34,606 nt of DNA from a bacterium (GTDB lineage Bacteria; Margulisbacteria; Marinamargulisbacteria; JAAEMD01): assembly GCA_024225875.1 (NCBI GenBank), contig JAAEMD010000027.1, positions 1-34,606 of the forward strand, read 5' to 3'. Below are positions 33,684 through 34,606 of this stretch, piece by piece. The position numbers were made by a program, and so were the translations under genes. The notes under the pieces were generated by a model. It had not been told where the DNA came from. It ran no database searches and worked only from the letters and a program-made list of their open reading frames with translations. Each line of letters starts with the position of its first letter. The stretch's first letter is position 1.

Positions 33684-33953
33684 TTACTTATTAAGACGTT
33701 CTTCTTCTTTAGCACATAAATAGTTGTATATAAGCGCTTGTACCAATGCAAATATAATTAAACCGAAACCGTATACTATAGCCAGGTTTAGTCCACCAAT
33801 ATTTTTTTCCATTAATGTTGGCTTTATAGTATTTATTGCAACAAAAACCCCATAAAATGCAGCATATATTAAAAACATCCATATACCAAGTTTTGCCTTA
33901 TATGGAGCCGCCTTATCCTCTTTTTGTTCTGTAGGAGCTGGTTCATGAAACAT
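33684..33953 (-). CDS. DUF485 (YjcH-like) small membrane protein
   Basis: 89 aa with two TM helices. It lies directly upstream of actP in the canonical yjcH-actP arrangement. Confidence 0.75.
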   Translation of the reverse strand: MFHEPAPTEQKEDKAAPYKAKLGIWMFLIYAAFYGVFVAINTIKPTLMEKNIGGLNLAIVYGFGLIIFALVQALIYNYLCAKEEERLNK

Positions 33954-34132
33954 ATTCCTACACCTCCTTCCAAAAAATTAGTGATTTGCATCAACTTTTT
34001 AATCACAGAAATTATTTTAAATTAAATAGTTCTTATCCTGCAAATATTGAGCCTAAATTTAAATCAACATAATATTTTATCCTATATAATAGGATATAGC
34101 CATACTAAAAAGAAGTAAAAGATGATTTACAA

Positions 34133-34214
34133 CCAGGGCAATTGCACTAAAATATCAACCATTGTCATTCCTGCGCAGGAATGACAAAAAGCATTTTAGA
34201 TGCGCTAGCCCTGG
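34133..34214. repeat. 82-nt extended imperfect palindrome with a perfect 26-nt palindromic core
   Basis: The core TTGTCATTCCTGC|GCAGGAATGACAA (34162-34187) is perfectly self-complementary. The outer arms CCAGGGC...CTAAAAT and ATTTTAG...GCCCTGG pair. The element is GC-enriched relative to the flanks. Confidence 0.8.
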
Positions 34215-34299
34215 GTCAAAACCTGAAATCTATTTTATTATCATAGTGGATAATGATATGATACCTTTATATTTAAAAGTCCATATAAAGGGGTAGTTT

Positions 34300-34606
34300 A
34301 TGAGTGAGGATACCCAGGCGTTCATTCAAGAACAGAAAGAGCTTTATGAAAGCCTTCAAAAACAAATAACTAAACAAAAACAAGACTTCCACAAAAAACT
34401 GGAACATCAGGAAAAACAATATAACAAACAACATAAAAAACAATATTCTGAACTTACCGAACTTAAACAACAACACTCTGAACTTAAACAACAACACTCT
34501 GAGCTTAAAATAACATTCGAAGATGAAATCAAAATAAGAGAAGCAATAACCATACATATAGATCATTATGTAGATGAAATACAGACTAAAATAAGAGTAA
34601 TGGAGC
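34300..34606 (+). CDS. Hypothetical coiled-coil protein (5' partial view, runs off the window)
   Basis: ATG 34300 has AAAGGGG 6 nt upstream. The frame stays open to the window end: MSEDTQAFIQEQKELYESLQKQ...SELTELKQQHSELKQQHSELKITFEDE. It has K/Q/E-rich heptad character. It is absent from the ORF track because no stop is reached. Confidence 0.5.
   Translation, partial: MSEDTQAFIQEQKELYESLQKQITKQKQDFHKKLEHQEKQYNKQHKKQYSELTELKQQHSELKQQHSELKITFEDEIKIREAITIHIDHYVDEIQTKIRVME
34459..34510 (+). repeat. 21-bp in-frame tandem repeat (GAACTTAAACAACAACACTCT x2 plus partial units)
   Basis: Units at 34459-34479 and 34480-34500 are identical and encode ELKQQHS. Partial related units flank them. Confidence 0.8.

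Noticed and set aside
34273-34566. 97-aa minus-strand F/L/K-rich ORF from the track
   Set aside because: It is the antisense shadow of the K/Q/E-rich plus-strand coiled-coil ORF. TTT/CTT/AAA-type low-complexity codons keep both frames open. The plus-strand ORF has a proper SD and ATG.

Overview
Visibly AT-rich bacterial chromosome segment from a diderm organism (LPS transport, Lnt and flagellar L/P-ring genes are present). No tRNA, rRNA or CRISPR was recognised.

Gene layout:
- Plus strand 21-10982: a tightly packed flagellar basal-body cluster. It holds three FlgF/FlgG-family rod paralogs, flgA, flgH, flgI, a FlgJ-like rod-binding protein, sigma-28 fliA, flgB, flgC, fliE, fliF and a fliG-like gene.
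- Minus strand 19464-11111: an overlapping envelope operon of an LptF/G-family permease, an 809-aa TPR protein, lptD, a lipoprotein and lnt.
- Minus strand 21846-19598: holB, a PSP1/RicT-like gene, a HIT hydrolase and rpsU.
- Minus strand 28339-22178: aconitase plus citrate lyase citD-citE-citF-citXG, with no citC in the window.
- Plus strand 29086-31357: pta-ackA.
- Minus strand 33953-31722: DUF485-actP.
- Right edge: a partial coiled-coil ORF.

Main observations:
1. The flagellar cluster is atypical.
   - Several proteins that are normally flagellar type III substrates (first rod paralog, FlgJ-like, FlgB, FlgC) carry Sec-signal-like hydrophobic N-termini.
   - The FliG homolog has no recognisable C-terminal torque domain and ends in about 160 aa of acidic low-complexity sequence.
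   - FliE and FliF carry long extensions.
   - The cluster stops after fliG, with no export, hook, switch or filament genes in the window.
2. A family of about 112-148 bp palindromic MITE-like repeats (ends TAGCTGGTAC...GGATCAGCTA, mostly TA-flanked) occurs five times in full and once as a half copy.
   - Every copy has the same orientation and sits at an operon boundary.
   - One copy supplies the last codons and the stop of lnt.
   - The half copy lies inside a second 262-bp element with 27-bp terminal inverted repeats and a 9-bp target duplication.
3. There is an isolated 82-nt GC-enriched hairpin, and ActP carries a large loop insertion.

All functional calls come from reading motifs in the ORF translations. 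No database search was possible.
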